Positions 22,773-33,320 of a stretch of 64,000 bases of DNA are shown piece after piece; position 1 is the first letter of the stretch, and every line of letters begins with the position of its first letter. Location of the stretch: NCBI GenBank assembly GCA_965277405.1, contig OZ255726.1, forward strand, positions 768,001 to 832,000. Direction: 5' to 3'. The translations under genes and the position numbers were made by a program. This DNA comes from Gammaproteobacteria bacterium (GTDB taxonomy: Bacteria; Pseudomonadota; Gammaproteobacteria; G965277405). The notes below the pieces were generated by a model. That model was not told where the DNA came from and ran no database searches. It worked only from the letters and a program-made list of their open reading frames with translations.

Positions 22773-24506
22773 TTGCGACTGCTGCTTCATTTTATTCGTC
22801 CATACCGCATGCGGTGTTTAACTGCTGCTGCGATGCTATTGTGTGCTGCGGCAATTGTGCTGGTATTTCCCATTACCATTAAAGGATTAATTGATAATAG
22901 TATCGTCAGTGCGACTGCTGATAGCCAACTACTCAATGATTATGTTGTTATGGTCTTGTTGGTAGCTGTGTTGCTCGCCATATTTTCTGCAGCAAGGTAT
23001 TATACGGTTACTTGGCTGGGTGAACGTGTCATTACCGATATTCGCCAGCAAGTTTTTAATCATGTAATACAACAGAGTCCTGAGTTTTTTGAATCGACAA
23101 AAGTCGGGGATATATTATCGCGACTATCGGCAGATACAACGCTGATTCAGTCAGTACTGACATCGACAATTTCCTTTGGGCTGCGCAATACATTGTTGAT
23201 CATCGGTTCGATGCTGATGTTAATAATTACTAATCCTGTGGTGATTATTCCAATATTGATTGGGGTTGTTGTGTTGGTGACGCCGATTGCATTTATTGGT
23301 CGCTCGGTCAGGCGGCTGGCACGCACCAATCAAGACGATTTAGCGCATGCCAACTCCATTGCCAATGAAGGTATATCAGCAACACAGTTGGTACAAAGTT
23401 ATACCGCAGAAAACTTTGAAACTCTGCGATACGCTAAGGCAACCAATACTGCGTTTGCTACTGCTATTCGCCGCGTGACGACACGGTCTTGGTTAATTGT
23501 GTATGTGTTTATTGCCGTAGCCTTGACTCTACTTGCTGGGGTATATTTTGGCATGCAAATGGTGTTGCATGGTGAAATGAGTATTGGTGTGATGGGGCAG
23601 ACGATTATGTATATTTTAATGTTGGGCAGTGCTCTTACCACGATGGGTGAAGTATACGGCGAATTGATGCGCGCTGTTGGTGCCAGTGAACGCTTGTATG
23701 AGTTGTTGCAATTGCAGTCAAAAATTAATGACCCGCAGCAACCAATAGCTTTGCAAATTTCAGTAGATGGAGCAGATATTACATTTGCCAACGTGACATT
23801 TTCCTATCCATCTCGGTTGCATACTAATGCCGTTAATGCAGTTACTTTTCATGTAAGCGCGGGGCAGACAGTTGCTTTTGTTGGGCCAAGTGGCTCGGGC
23901 AAATCAACTATTTTTTCCTTGTTGCAACGCTTCTATGACCCAGGTGAAGGTTCAATTAGCATAGCTGGTAATACAATACAGCACTATACGCTTGAGCAGT
24001 TGCGAAAATCGATTGCGGTGGTTGCACAAGAAACGATTATATTTTCAGACTCGGCGATGGAAAACATCCGTTACGGAAATTTACACGCGGATGATAAACA
24101 AGTTATTCAAGCAGCTAAATTGGCCAATGCAGATGGTTTTATTCAACGGTTACCAGATGGTTACAGGACGTTTTTAGGCGAGCGCGGCACTCGGTTATCA
24201 GGCGGACAAAAACAACGAATAGCAATTGCGCGCGCCATCCTCAAAGATGCTCCAATTTTGCTGCTCGACGAAGCGACAAGCGCGCTAGATAGCGAAAGTG
24301 AACAGCAAGTACAGCAAGCGCTAGCAGCATTAATGATGAATCGAACAACGTTAGTGATTGCTCACCGACTGGCAACTATTCGTTCTGCTGACACAATTCT
24401 AGTGTTAGATGAAGGAAAAATTGTTGAACAAGGCAGCCATGAAGTATTATTACAAGATGATAAGCTGTATGCCTCTCTTGCAAAGTTACAATGGAAAAAT
24501 ATATGA
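22773..24506 (+). CDS. ABC exporter, fused permease/ATPase (MsbA-related)
   Basis: TMD plus GPSGSGKS, LSGGQ and LLLDEATS. Confidence 0.93.
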   Translation: MRLLLHFIRPYRMRCLTAAAMLLCAAAIVLVFPITIKGLIDNSIVSATADSQLLNDYVVMVLLVAVLLAIFSAARYYTVTWLGERVITDIRQQVFNHVIQQSPEFFESTKVGDILSRLSADTTLIQSVLTSTISFGLRNTLLIIGSMLMLIITNPVVIIPILIGVVVLVTPIAFIGRSVRRLARTNQDDLAHANSIANEGISATQLVQSYTAENFETLRYAKATNTAFATAIRRVTTRSWLIVYVFIAVALTLLAGVYFGMQMVLHGEMSIGVMGQTIMYILMLGSALTTMGEVYGELMRAVGASERLYELLQLQSKINDPQQPIALQISVDGADITFANVTFSYPSRLHTNAVNAVTFHVSAGQTVAFVGPSGSGKSTIFSLLQRFYDPGEGSISIAGNTIQHYTLEQLRKSIAVVAQETIIFSDSAMENIRYGNLHADDKQVIQAAKLANADGFIQRLPDGYRTFLGERGTRLSGGQKQRIAIARAILKDAPILLLDEATSALDSESEQQVQQALAALMMNRTTLVIAHRLATIRSADTILVLDEGKIVEQGSHEVLLQDDKLYASLAKLQWKNI

Positions 24507-24919
24507 AATGGCTAGCCCCGCACACATTGATTTTTGTGACGATTGTGATTTTAGCCGCGACACAGGTAGCAACGTGGATATTCACCTTGGTAGTCTATTT
24601 CTTTACTGAGTTCTGGACATCAATAATTGTTGGCGTATCGGCAATAGTTGTCATGGTTGTGTCGTTTGTTTGTACCCGTTTTGCTCGGGCAAACGCTGTT
24701 GGAACAGTATGGTTTTTACTGCCACCGTTGTTGTTTACCGTGGCACCAATCGTCTATACTGTGTTTTTTAGCACCCCAGTTACAGAACCAGAACAACCTG
24801 TGAGTGTGGTACAAACGCTTATAGAAATAATACCGATGATAGCGCGTTTCGTGATACCCGTTGTACTGCTGAGTTTGGCATATTGGCAAGTTAGCAAGAG
24901 AATGCGCGTTGACGTATAG
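24503..24919 (+). CDS. Hypothetical 4-TM membrane protein
   Basis: Hydrophobic ORF with ATGA overlap with the ABC gene. Confidence 0.65.
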   Translation: MKWLAPHTLIFVTIVILAATQVATWIFTLVVYFFTEFWTSIIVGVSAIVVMVVSFVCTRFARANAVGTVWFLLPPLLFTVAPIVYTVFFSTPVTEPEQPVSVVQTLIEIIPMIARFVIPVVLLSLAYWQVSKRMRVDV

Positions 24920-26969
24920 TGTGTTGAGTGATTTTGAATTGTTACGGCCATGGTGGCTTTGCGGTATCCCCATATCTTTTGTGTTGGTATGGCTGTACAC
25001 GCGGTATTTTGACCCGAATGAAATGATGAAACGTGTGGTTGACCCAGCACTGCACGATGATGTTTTGCACATCCCCAATGCATACTCGCCACTCAAAAAA
25101 AAAATATTACTGATCTCGATTTTAGTATTATCTTTCATCGCCTTGTCAGGGCCAAGTTTTCAAAAGGTTGAGCAACCACTAGTCAGTAAAAAATCAGGCT
25201 TAATTCTTGTATTAGACATGTCGTTTTCGATGGCAGCAACAGATATTAGCCCAAGCCGCTATCAAATTGCAAAATTTAAAATACGCGATATTTTAGCGAC
25301 AAGAGACGAGGGGCAAACTGCGTTGATTGCGTATGCTGGAGATGCGCACGTTGTCGTGCCGTTGACGACTGATACAGCAACAATCGAGCACTTTTTAGAC
25401 GGATTATCGCCGCAAACAATGCCTGTATACGGCAGCAAGCCACAACGTGGCATCGAAGCGGCTGCAGCTATGATTACGCGGAATAATCTTAACAATGCGC
25501 AGGTGTTAATTTTTACTGATGGCTTTCCAGCAAATGCAATAGCGCCGATGGCTGCATTGGCAAAAAACATGGGTATGCAGATTGGGGTGTTAGCAATTGG
25601 TACCAAGCAAAAAGTTCCAATTGCATTATCAGGCGGCGCATTGCTACGCGACAATAACGATAATATAGTCGTAGCAACGTATGAGCCTGAGACCTTGCAA
25701 AAATTTGCGCAACAAGCGAATGCCGCGATTATAGCAGTGGATAGCGACTCAAACGATATTGAATATTTACTGCGAACCACACAGCCTGATGTCACGGTTT
25801 CCAAGACAAAGCAATCAAAAATTTTAGCGCTTGACCAAGGGTATTGGCTTATTATTCCGCTACTGCTTTGCTTTGTATTGGGGGTTCGGCAAGGGTATAT
25901 TTTTTGTATACTGCTGGTCGTTGTTCCGCTGCCAGGACACGCTATGGAGATTGACTGGAGCGATATCCTTGGTAGACAACACCGCCAGGCGCAACAAGCA
26001 ATTATGCAAGATGATTTTGCTGCGGCCGTCGCTACATTTCATGACCCGCGCTGGCAAGGATATGCCGCGTATAAAAATGGCGATTTCCAGCAAGCGATTG
26101 ATATATTACAAAACACCAGCGACCCAACATCTCGATTTAATCTAGGGAATGCCTATTTACAGCTACAGCAGTTTAAACCGGCAATCAGCGCATATGAAAA
26201 AGTCCTTGCTAGCGCAGGAATATCGCAGCAGTTGCAACAAGATGCGCAGGCGAATATAGCATTTGCAACAGCTAGCCAACAGGAGCAACAGGCAGGCCAG
26301 CAACAAGACCAACAAGGACAACAAGGACAGCAAGGTAAACAGGGTCAGCAAGACCAGCAAGGTCAGCAAGGCCAGCAAGGTAAACAGGGTCAGCAAGGTC
26401 AGCAAGGTCAACAGGACCAGCAAGACCAGCAAGGTACACAAGACCAGCAAGGTCAGCAAGGTCAGCAAGGCCAGCAAGGTAAACAGGGTCAGCAAGGTCA
26501 ACAGGACCAGCAAGGTACACAAGACCAGCAAGGTACTCAAGGTCAGCAAGGACAACAAGACCAGCAAGGTCAACAAGGACAGCAGTCAGCATCCCAGTCC
26601 CAAAGCGTTGCTGCTGCGCATAGTCAGCAGGCACAGTCAGACCATCAAGAAGGCATGCAGCAAGCAAACGGCAACCAACAACAGCTCGGACAACACCATG
26701 ACGCTGAAAATACTGGCAATCAAAATGGCGCAGACAATAATGAAGAAGCTCAGAATACAACTATGCAACAGCAACATGCAGCTGCAAACCAATATCCAGC
26801 AACAAGTGTTTTTTCGATGGACAGTCCAACGAGCACACCCACAAATCAAATTGACATGTTACTTGATAAAATTGAGGATAATCCAAGTGAACTATTGCAA
26901 AGAAAATTTTACAATGAGCAACAAAGACGCAATCAAGGACAGTCATTAACCAGTGATGAGGTATTGTAA
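24909..26969 (+). CDS. VWA + TPR protein (BatB/BatC-like) with a Gln-rich linker
   Basis: MIDAS DMSFSM, AYAGDA and TDG; FNLGNAY TPR; C-terminal IEDNPSELLQRKF. Confidence 0.88.
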   Translation: MTYSVLSDFELLRPWWLCGIPISFVLVWLYTRYFDPNEMMKRVVDPALHDDVLHIPNAYSPLKKKILLISILVLSFIALSGPSFQKVEQPLVSKKSGLILVLDMSFSMAATDISPSRYQIAKFKIRDILATRDEGQTALIAYAGDAHVVVPLTTDTATIEHFLDGLSPQTMPVYGSKPQRGIEAAAAMITRNNLNNAQVLIFTDGFPANAIAPMAALAKNMGMQIGVLAIGTKQKVPIALSGGALLRDNNDNIVVATYEPETLQKFAQQANAAIIAVDSDSNDIEYLLRTTQPDVTVSKTKQSKILALDQGYWLIIPLLLCFVLGVRQGYIFCILLVVVPLPGHAMEIDWSDILGRQHRQAQQAIMQDDFAAAVATFHDPRWQGYAAYKNGDFQQAIDILQNTSDPTSRFNLGNAYLQLQQFKPAISAYEKVLASAGISQQLQQDAQANIAFATASQQEQQAGQQQDQQGQQGQQGKQGQQDQQGQQGQQGKQGQQGQQGQQDQQDQQGTQDQQGQQGQQGQQGKQGQQGQQDQQGTQDQQGTQGQQGQQDQQGQQGQQSASQSQSVAAAHSQQAQSDHQEGMQQANGNQQQLGQHHDAENTGNQNGADNNEEAQNTTMQQQHAAANQYPATSVFSMDSPTSTPTNQIDMLLDKIEDNPSELLQRKFYNEQQRRNQGQSLTSDEVL
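26281..26586 (+). repeat. Coding 9-bp tandem repeat (QQG/QQD/TQD/KQG tripeptides)
   Basis: CAAGGTCAG/CAAGACCAG-type units. Confidence 0.9.
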
Positions 26970-26975
26970 ATCGCT

Positions 26976-28652
26976 ATGAAGCAACTAGGCATTGTAGCTG
27001 TATTATTTTGTTTTATCAGTCAGGCGCATGCCTTTATTACTGTAGAGACGGACCGAACCAGCATCGGCATTGGTGAGGGCTTGACGCTGACGATCACGAC
27101 TGATACCAATCTAGACAATATTGACTTAGCGCCGATTGCAGTAAACTTCACCATTAGTGGCAAACAAACCAGCAATAGTATCTCTATTGTGAATGGCAAA
27201 CGCTCAGATAAACATACTCTTACATTGCAGCTTTTGCCAAAACGCCAAGGGATTTTGGTAATTCCTGCGTTGCAGCAGGGTTCATCAATATCAAAACCAT
27301 TACAAATAACCGTTACCAAAACGCGACCAACTACTACTGGCGACGTGGCAAGTATACAATTAGAAATCATTAGCCCTCAACAGAAAATCTGGGTGAATCA
27401 ACAAGTCATTGTTGCAGTGAAGCTATATTATTTAACCAATAAACTTCGCGAAGGAACTTTGACCGAGTTGACTGTTGCCAATGCACATGTCGAATTTCTT
27501 GGGCAACAAAAAAGCCAAGTCTCGCGTGATGGCTATGTATATCAGCTACTAGACAGACGCTATGCGGTATTCCCCACAATATCTGGGAACATTGATATTC
27601 AACCCGTTCGCTTGCAAGGCAGCGAGGTCGTGCAAGGTTCAAGTAGCCAGTTTTTTGGCTTATCGCAAGGACGCGCATTACAACGCATTTCAAATTCACT
27701 AACGATACAAGCCCTGCCACCAGAATACACGGATGCGCCGTGGATAGTCGCAGGCGACGTACGCTTGCAGCAAACGTTTGATACCAATACGTGGCGTGCA
27801 GGTGAGCCGATTGGACGCAAATTATCGATAATAGTGAACGGAATGCCGTATCAGTTATTGCCAAAACTACAGCCAGTTGAATTGCCGGGCAGTAGAGTGT
27901 ATCAAGACAAAAGTGACACAGACAACCAAGTTAATCTCAATGGTGTGATTGCTAAAGTTACAGATAAGCAAGTATATATCCCAACGAATGCTGGGCAGCT
28001 GACTTTGCCTGCTATGGAGTTGAAATGGTGGAACCCCAACACCCAGAGCGTTGCGGTTGCTAGGCTTGGCAAAAAAGTCTTGCAGGTTGAGGCTGCGACG
28101 CAACAACAGGTTACGGCAACTATCGCTGCACCTATAGATAATACCATGGCAAAAAAAATTGATACTCCCCTACCAACAACGCCGCAGCGTTCACCACAAT
28201 TGTGGTGGCTGGCGCTGCTCAGTTTAGGATTCAATGCCTTATTGATTATTGGCGGTGTTATGTATTGGTGGTCGAATACCCGCAGCGTTGTTATTAAGCG
28301 CGGTATGGTCGACGATAGTCAACAGTTCACCGAGTTGCAATTGGTTATGCAACAACAAGACGTTCATCAGTTGCGTTTTGTATTAAATCGCTGGTTCGCT
28401 GTCCACCAGCTCCCGCATATTAAGCGTATCAGTGAATTGACAAGTGTATTGGAAAAATATGTAGCGGATGGTGATGCGCTGGCAAAGCAGGTACATGCTC
28501 TTGACCGGTGGATGTTTCATAACGGCCCATTTATGCCATTGGATTGGCTCGATAGTATTATTAAAACCATCCGTTCTGGCAAGGTTGACCAGCGCGAGTT
28601 GCAAGCCAAAGAACACGATAGAGTGCTGTATACACTATTGGCGCAACGCTAA
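26976..28652 (+). CDS. batD: BatD-family protein
   Basis: Signal peptide; DRT.I..GE, SISIVNG, RRYAVFP and KWWN motifs; C-terminal TM. Confidence 0.8.
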   Translation: MKQLGIVAVLFCFISQAHAFITVETDRTSIGIGEGLTLTITTDTNLDNIDLAPIAVNFTISGKQTSNSISIVNGKRSDKHTLTLQLLPKRQGILVIPALQQGSSISKPLQITVTKTRPTTTGDVASIQLEIISPQQKIWVNQQVIVAVKLYYLTNKLREGTLTELTVANAHVEFLGQQKSQVSRDGYVYQLLDRRYAVFPTISGNIDIQPVRLQGSEVVQGSSSQFFGLSQGRALQRISNSLTIQALPPEYTDAPWIVAGDVRLQQTFDTNTWRAGEPIGRKLSIIVNGMPYQLLPKLQPVELPGSRVYQDKSDTDNQVNLNGVIAKVTDKQVYIPTNAGQLTLPAMELKWWNPNTQSVAVARLGKKVLQVEAATQQQVTATIAAPIDNTMAKKIDTPLPTTPQRSPQLWWLALLSLGFNALLIIGGVMYWWSNTRSVVIKRGMVDDSQQFTELQLVMQQQDVHQLRFVLNRWFAVHQLPHIKRISELTSVLEKYVADGDALAKQVHALDRWMFHNGPFMPLDWLDSIIKTIRSGKVDQRELQAKEHDRVLYTLLAQR

Positions 28653-28756
28653 CAAAAACGCTATATGCGCTTGCTAGCCAATGATATTGATGTTGCTTAA
28701 TTCGTTTGACCTTAAAAGAATATAAGCAAATGTTGGACAATACGTTGATGCTTACA

Positions 28757-29932
28757 TTATATGTCTACAAGTGCTTGAACGATATCTTCAGCAATATCTT
28801 GCCAGTGTTCAAGTCCAACAGATATACGGATCAATCCATCACAAATACCTTGGTCGCAGCGTTGTTGTGGGGTGAGTTTTGCGTGGGTGGTGGTGGTTGG
28901 GTGGGTGGCGATGGTGCGGCTGTCTCCAAGATTTGCAGAAATGGTGAGAAGTTGCAGCCGGTTGAGAAGCCGTTGGCAGGCTGGAGTGCCGCCATCAATG
29001 GTAAATGTTACTAAGCTACCGCCAAACTTCATTTGTCGTTGCGCAATGTCATGTTGCGGGTGTGTTGCTAGCATCGGGTAGCTGACTGAAGTTATTGTTG
29101 GTTGTTGTTGTAAATGTTTGGCAAGGCGTAGCGCGCTTTTAGATTGCTGGCGGACACGAATTGCCAGCGTTTCTATACTGCGCGAGAGCAGCCACGCATT
29201 CATTGCTGACATCGTTGGCCCGGTGAGGCGGAGGATTTGCATGAGTGGGTCGATGTATTGCTCGCTAGTGACCACAACCCCGCCAATGCATCTGCCGTGC
29301 CCATCGAGCAGTTTAGTTGCTGAGTGGATGATGATATCCGCACCGTACTTTGCTGGGTTTTGGATAATTGGTGAGGCGAAGCAGTTATCTACGCAGTAGG
29401 CAATATTGTGTTGTTTGGCAATGACGCCAATCTCGGCTAAATCTGTGAGGATTAGCCCAGGGTTGCTGGGCGTTTCAACCAATACCATTTTGGTGTTGTC
29501 TTGAATCGCATGTTGCCAAGCTACGTTGTCCGTTGGGTTGACAAATGTGGTGCTGATGCCCCAACGCGGCAGCAGAGTATTGAGCAATTGATACGTTGAA
29601 CCAAACAATGAGTTGCCACTGACGATGTGGTCGCCTTGGTTGCAAACGGCCATAATCGTGGCAAATATTGCTGCCATCCCGCTTGCTGTGGCGATTCCGT
29701 GCGGCAGGTCTTCGAGCACGCAGATTCGGTCAATAAATTCATCGGTGTTGGGGTTCTGATAGCGTGAATAGGCATGGCTGTTTGTTTCGCCAGCAAAGCA
29801 GGCCTGAATATCTTCTGCGCTATCAAAGGCGTAACCAGAGGTAAGAAAGATCGGTGGTGTATTTTCGTTGATTGCCGATTTAGCAATGCGGGTGTGGATG
29901 ACTTGGGTTTCAGGTTTTTTTGCAGGAGTCAT
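28757..29932 (-). CDS. metZ: O-succinylhomoserine sulfhydrylase / trans-sulfuration PLP enzyme
   Basis: YSRYQNP, ETPSNP, DNCFA, HSATK and NLGD..THP.TTTH motifs. Confidence 0.8.
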   Translation of the reverse strand: MTPAKKPETQVIHTRIAKSAINENTPPIFLTSGYAFDSAEDIQACFAGETNSHAYSRYQNPNTDEFIDRICVLEDLPHGIATASGMAAIFATIMAVCNQGDHIVSGNSLFGSTYQLLNTLLPRWGISTTFVNPTDNVAWQHAIQDNTKMVLVETPSNPGLILTDLAEIGVIAKQHNIAYCVDNCFASPIIQNPAKYGADIIIHSATKLLDGHGRCIGGVVVTSEQYIDPLMQILRLTGPTMSAMNAWLLSRSIETLAIRVRQQSKSALRLAKHLQQQPTITSVSYPMLATHPQHDIAQRQMKFGGSLVTFTIDGGTPACQRLLNRLQLLTISANLGDSRTIATHPTTTTHAKLTPQQRCDQGICDGLIRISVGLEHWQDIAEDIVQALVDI

Positions 29933-30342
29933 GGTGTGACGTGGAGCGCATGGGTAATGAGTATGGTAGCAAGCAAATGTTGCGCAACTGAGCAATATTT
30001 ATCAATTGCTAGTTACAACGCCTTGGTTGCTTTGACTTGATCAATTTCACCGCTGATATAAAAATCAGCGTGGATGTTGGTGAATGTTGCAGGTGTTGCG
30101 TTGGTATCGCGTTGCGCATCGATTACAATAGCCAACGAGCTAACGCGCTGTTGTTGTTTTTGTAAAATTAGCAAAAAATCAATACTAGCACACGTGGCAA
30201 ATGCCGTAGGCAATAATTCCATCGGCCGAAATCCAGCAGCATCACCACTGAGCGCAGGCGTTGCAACTATAGCGCAGCCATGCCCTTGCTCATTGCGTGC
30301 CGTAAAAGTGTAATCAGCAGTTAAGTCGATCGTTATTTTCAT
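29929..30342 (-). pseudogene. OsmC-family protein with a premature TAA (30013-30015)
   Basis: RPMELL..ATCASID...KATKAL*LAIDKYCSVAQHLL...VTP*; the distal TGA overlaps the metZ ATG. Confidence 0.8.
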
Positions 30343-30508
30343 TACTGCATCTCTATATATTCATGCAAGCATGGCAACCTTTGCTTAAGTCCAAGATGGG
30401 CAAGACGGAGCAAAGCCACGTTCAAGTAGCGTTTGCCGTCGCTATATGCAATATACTCGTGTTTGCGGCAATTACTGAATTTTATCAGCGTCTTCATGGG
30501 CATATTGG

Positions 30509-30758
30509 GGAAGCTCTGATTAACTCGCTGATGGAGCGAGTTTGCCTGCAATGACTGTTGATTGCAAGGCGCAGAGCGCGCGCATGCCGCTGGCGCATGA
30601 CCTAGCTATACGCCAAGGGATGCAACACAGCAAGTACCGCTGCTACAAACCCAAAGTATATTCAACACAACGACGGGGTAAAACGCTGTGCGCCGTCGTT
30701 GCAGCACTTGGCAATGCACCACAAGACCCACCAGTATTATCTGCGTGCTTCGGCTTAA
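30509..30758 (+). mobile_element. MITE copy E, right end replaced by IS5-A at an internal TTAA
   Basis: Left TIR and interior present. Confidence 0.85.
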
Positions 30759-31574
30759 GGAAGCTCTGATTAAGCCTCGCATATACTCCAAAAAAGTAAT
30801 AGCAATAATTTTCAATGGTCAATATTTGACCATTTCGCTGATCTTCTGTTGCTTTTTTACTGTTTTTATTGTTTTTTACTGTTTTTCTTGAATTTTGGGC
30901 GGTTCTATCCTGTTAGTCGTCCTCGCAGCATGTATAAGTTCGTCAATGCCAGCAAAGAAAATACTTGTACTCGATTCTTTTCTAGTCCTTTGTAGCGAGC
31001 TTTCTTATAACCAAACTGACATTTGATTACCCGAAAACAGTGCTCAATCCGGGCGCGCACCTTAGAGTTCTGTGTATTGCGTTTGCGCTGCGAGCCGCTC
31101 ATTTGCTGCTTTGGTTTACGTTTATCATTCACGCGCCAATCTATCCCAAGGTGACGCGAGCCGCGTTTATAACTGTCGCTCGTATATCCTGCATCGGCAA
31201 AGATAACCTTATCTGTTTCACGCAGCAATTTTGGGAGTTCATTGATGTCAGCTGCATTCGCGGCTGTCACTGTCGCGCTATGAACCATATAAGACCATTG
31301 TATTAACATGTACACGGAGCAGCGTTTGCAGCGGATATTGTGGTCGACCGCCTGTTGTGCGCAGTTTTAGTATAGTGTTTAGCGATAACTTCATCTAACT
31401 GCTGCCATGGAATAACAACTGCTAATTTCTCAAGAAGTATTTCTGTACGGGTTTTAGTTGCTGATGTGCGTATTCCAACTCAGCAAACGTCATTTGCTGT
31501 ATATCAATTCTCAAAAACAATAGTTAGAGCATTATGGTAAATTAGTTGGGTTTTTTTGGTTTTTCAGAGATGCC
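30759..31574 (-). mobile_element. Chimeric IS5 relic: 3' part of IS5-A fused to the 5' end of IS5-B
   Basis: 30759-~31290 nearly identical to 33321-~33900; ~31316-31574 resembles 3187-3450 and ends CAGAGATGCC-CTAG. Confidence 0.8.
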
Positions 31575-31817
31575 CTAGTAGAGTTTAGCTGTACTTGTAT
31601 ATTATTGCTTGAATCTTTTTCGTATTTTAAAATATTGTCGGCATCCTTTTTCAGCCTGAATCGCAACATTTAATTTATAAAAAATTCATTTTTAATTCAT
31701 TTATTTTGTGTTTGCGCATATTTTTATAATAGTAAATATTTGACAATATTTTGTATTTTACCTGAATTTATACACAATATAGTGTAATATATTATTTTAT
31801 CACTTATGGAGTTTATA

Positions 31818-33053
31818 ATGTTTATCATACAAAATAAATTTAGTCTGGCGACAATAATTGCTGTTGCATTGTTGCTTACTGGGACCGCTTCTTTAGCCGC
31901 CAACGACGCAATTACACTGGGCCCCCGCCCTGCTTTTCTTATTGACCAAATGAGAACAAGCCCGCTCAAGGAAAAACTCCTCGCCTGCGCCAGTAGCCCA
32001 GTCAAGCGTACATTATTCTCGATTGGGCACCGCGGCGCATCACTGATGTTTCCAGAACATACAGAACAGTCCTACCGGGCAGCAGCTTCCATGGGCGCGG
32101 GGATAATTGAGTGCGATGTTGCATTCACTGCCGATAAAGAGCTTGTATGTCGCCATTCACATAGCGACCTGCAGACAACGACAAACATTCTGCTAACTCC
32201 ACTCGCAGATACTTGCGTAAAGCCGTTCGTTGCTGCATCAGCCACGACAAAAGCCTCTGCAGAATGCCGTACCAACGATATTACTTTAGCTGAGTTCAGT
32301 TCGCTTAAGGGTAAGATGGACTCTGCGAATGTCGCTGCAACAACTGCAGCAGACTACATGAATGGCACAGCGGGTTGGCGGACAAACCTCTACGCCACCA
32401 GTGCTGGCAAGTTGATGACCCATGCAGAGTCAATCGAACTTTTCAAATCACTCGGCGTAAAGTTCACTCCAGAACTTAAAACACCAACTGTCAATATGCC
32501 AATGGATGGTTTCAGTCAGCAAGATTTTGCACAAAAAATGATCGATGAGTACAAAGCTGCTGGAGTTCCACCCGCCGATGTCTGGGCACAGTCTTTCCGT
32601 CTTGAAGATGTTCTCTACTGGATCAAGAACGAACCGGAGTTTGGTAAGCAAGCTGTTTATCTTGACGGCCGCTATGACATTGAGGGTTTTGACCCAATGA
32701 AGCCTGAAACTTTTGAGCCTTCGATGGGCGAACTTAAAAACATGGGCGTCAACTACATTGCACCACCAATCTGGGTATTGATCACTACTGCTGATGGCAA
32801 AATTATACCATCAACCTATGCCAAAGAAGCGCATGCAGCTGGTCTCAAAATCATTAGCTGGTCGCTTGAGCGCTCGGGTCCAATGGGCAGCGGTGGCGGC
32901 TGGTACTACCAGTCAGTCAACGATGAGATCAATTCAGACGGAATGATTTTTGAGGTACTTGATGTTCTAGCACAAGGCGCCAAAATCGACGGTATGTTCT
33001 CTGATTGGCCGGCAACAGTTAGCTATTACGCAAGCTGCATGGGGCTAAAATAA
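31818..33053 (+). CDS. glpQ: Secreted glycerophosphodiester phosphodiesterase
   Basis: Signal peptide; IGHRGA, PEHT, IECDV, CRH and FSDWP motifs. Confidence 0.88.
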   Translation: MFIIQNKFSLATIIAVALLLTGTASLAANDAITLGPRPAFLIDQMRTSPLKEKLLACASSPVKRTLFSIGHRGASLMFPEHTEQSYRAAASMGAGIIECDVAFTADKELVCRHSHSDLQTTTNILLTPLADTCVKPFVAASATTKASAECRTNDITLAEFSSLKGKMDSANVAATTAADYMNGTAGWRTNLYATSAGKLMTHAESIELFKSLGVKFTPELKTPTVNMPMDGFSQQDFAQKMIDEYKAAGVPPADVWAQSFRLEDVLYWIKNEPEFGKQAVYLDGRYDIEGFDPMKPETFEPSMGELKNMGVNYIAPPIWVLITTADGKIIPSTYAKEAHAAGLKIISWSLERSGPMGSGGGWYYQSVNDEINSDGMIFEVLDVLAQGAKIDGMFSDWPATVSYYASCMGLK

Positions 33054-33320
33054 CGACAAAAAGTCTCCACAATAGGAGTGACTAGAGTCTGGACTCATTG
33101 TTTGATACTAATACAATGAGCGTATCAGTCATAGCGTATTGCGAATGTATGCTTGATCAGAGTTTCACGATAGTTGGTTGTCATAAGCAGACGAACTAGT
33201 CGCTCCTAATCGTCACGGACCACGTGCACATTGCGTTTAACCCTCTGCCCTTTTGCCAGCAGTTCACCTTGCCTAGCATCGGCATTTTGATCGACTGTGT
33301 GGGTTCAACTCGATAATTAG

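Noticed and set aside
26163-26949. Alternative-frame Leu-rich and Ser/Lys-rich ORFs
   Set aside because: Shadows of the 9-bp Gln repeat.
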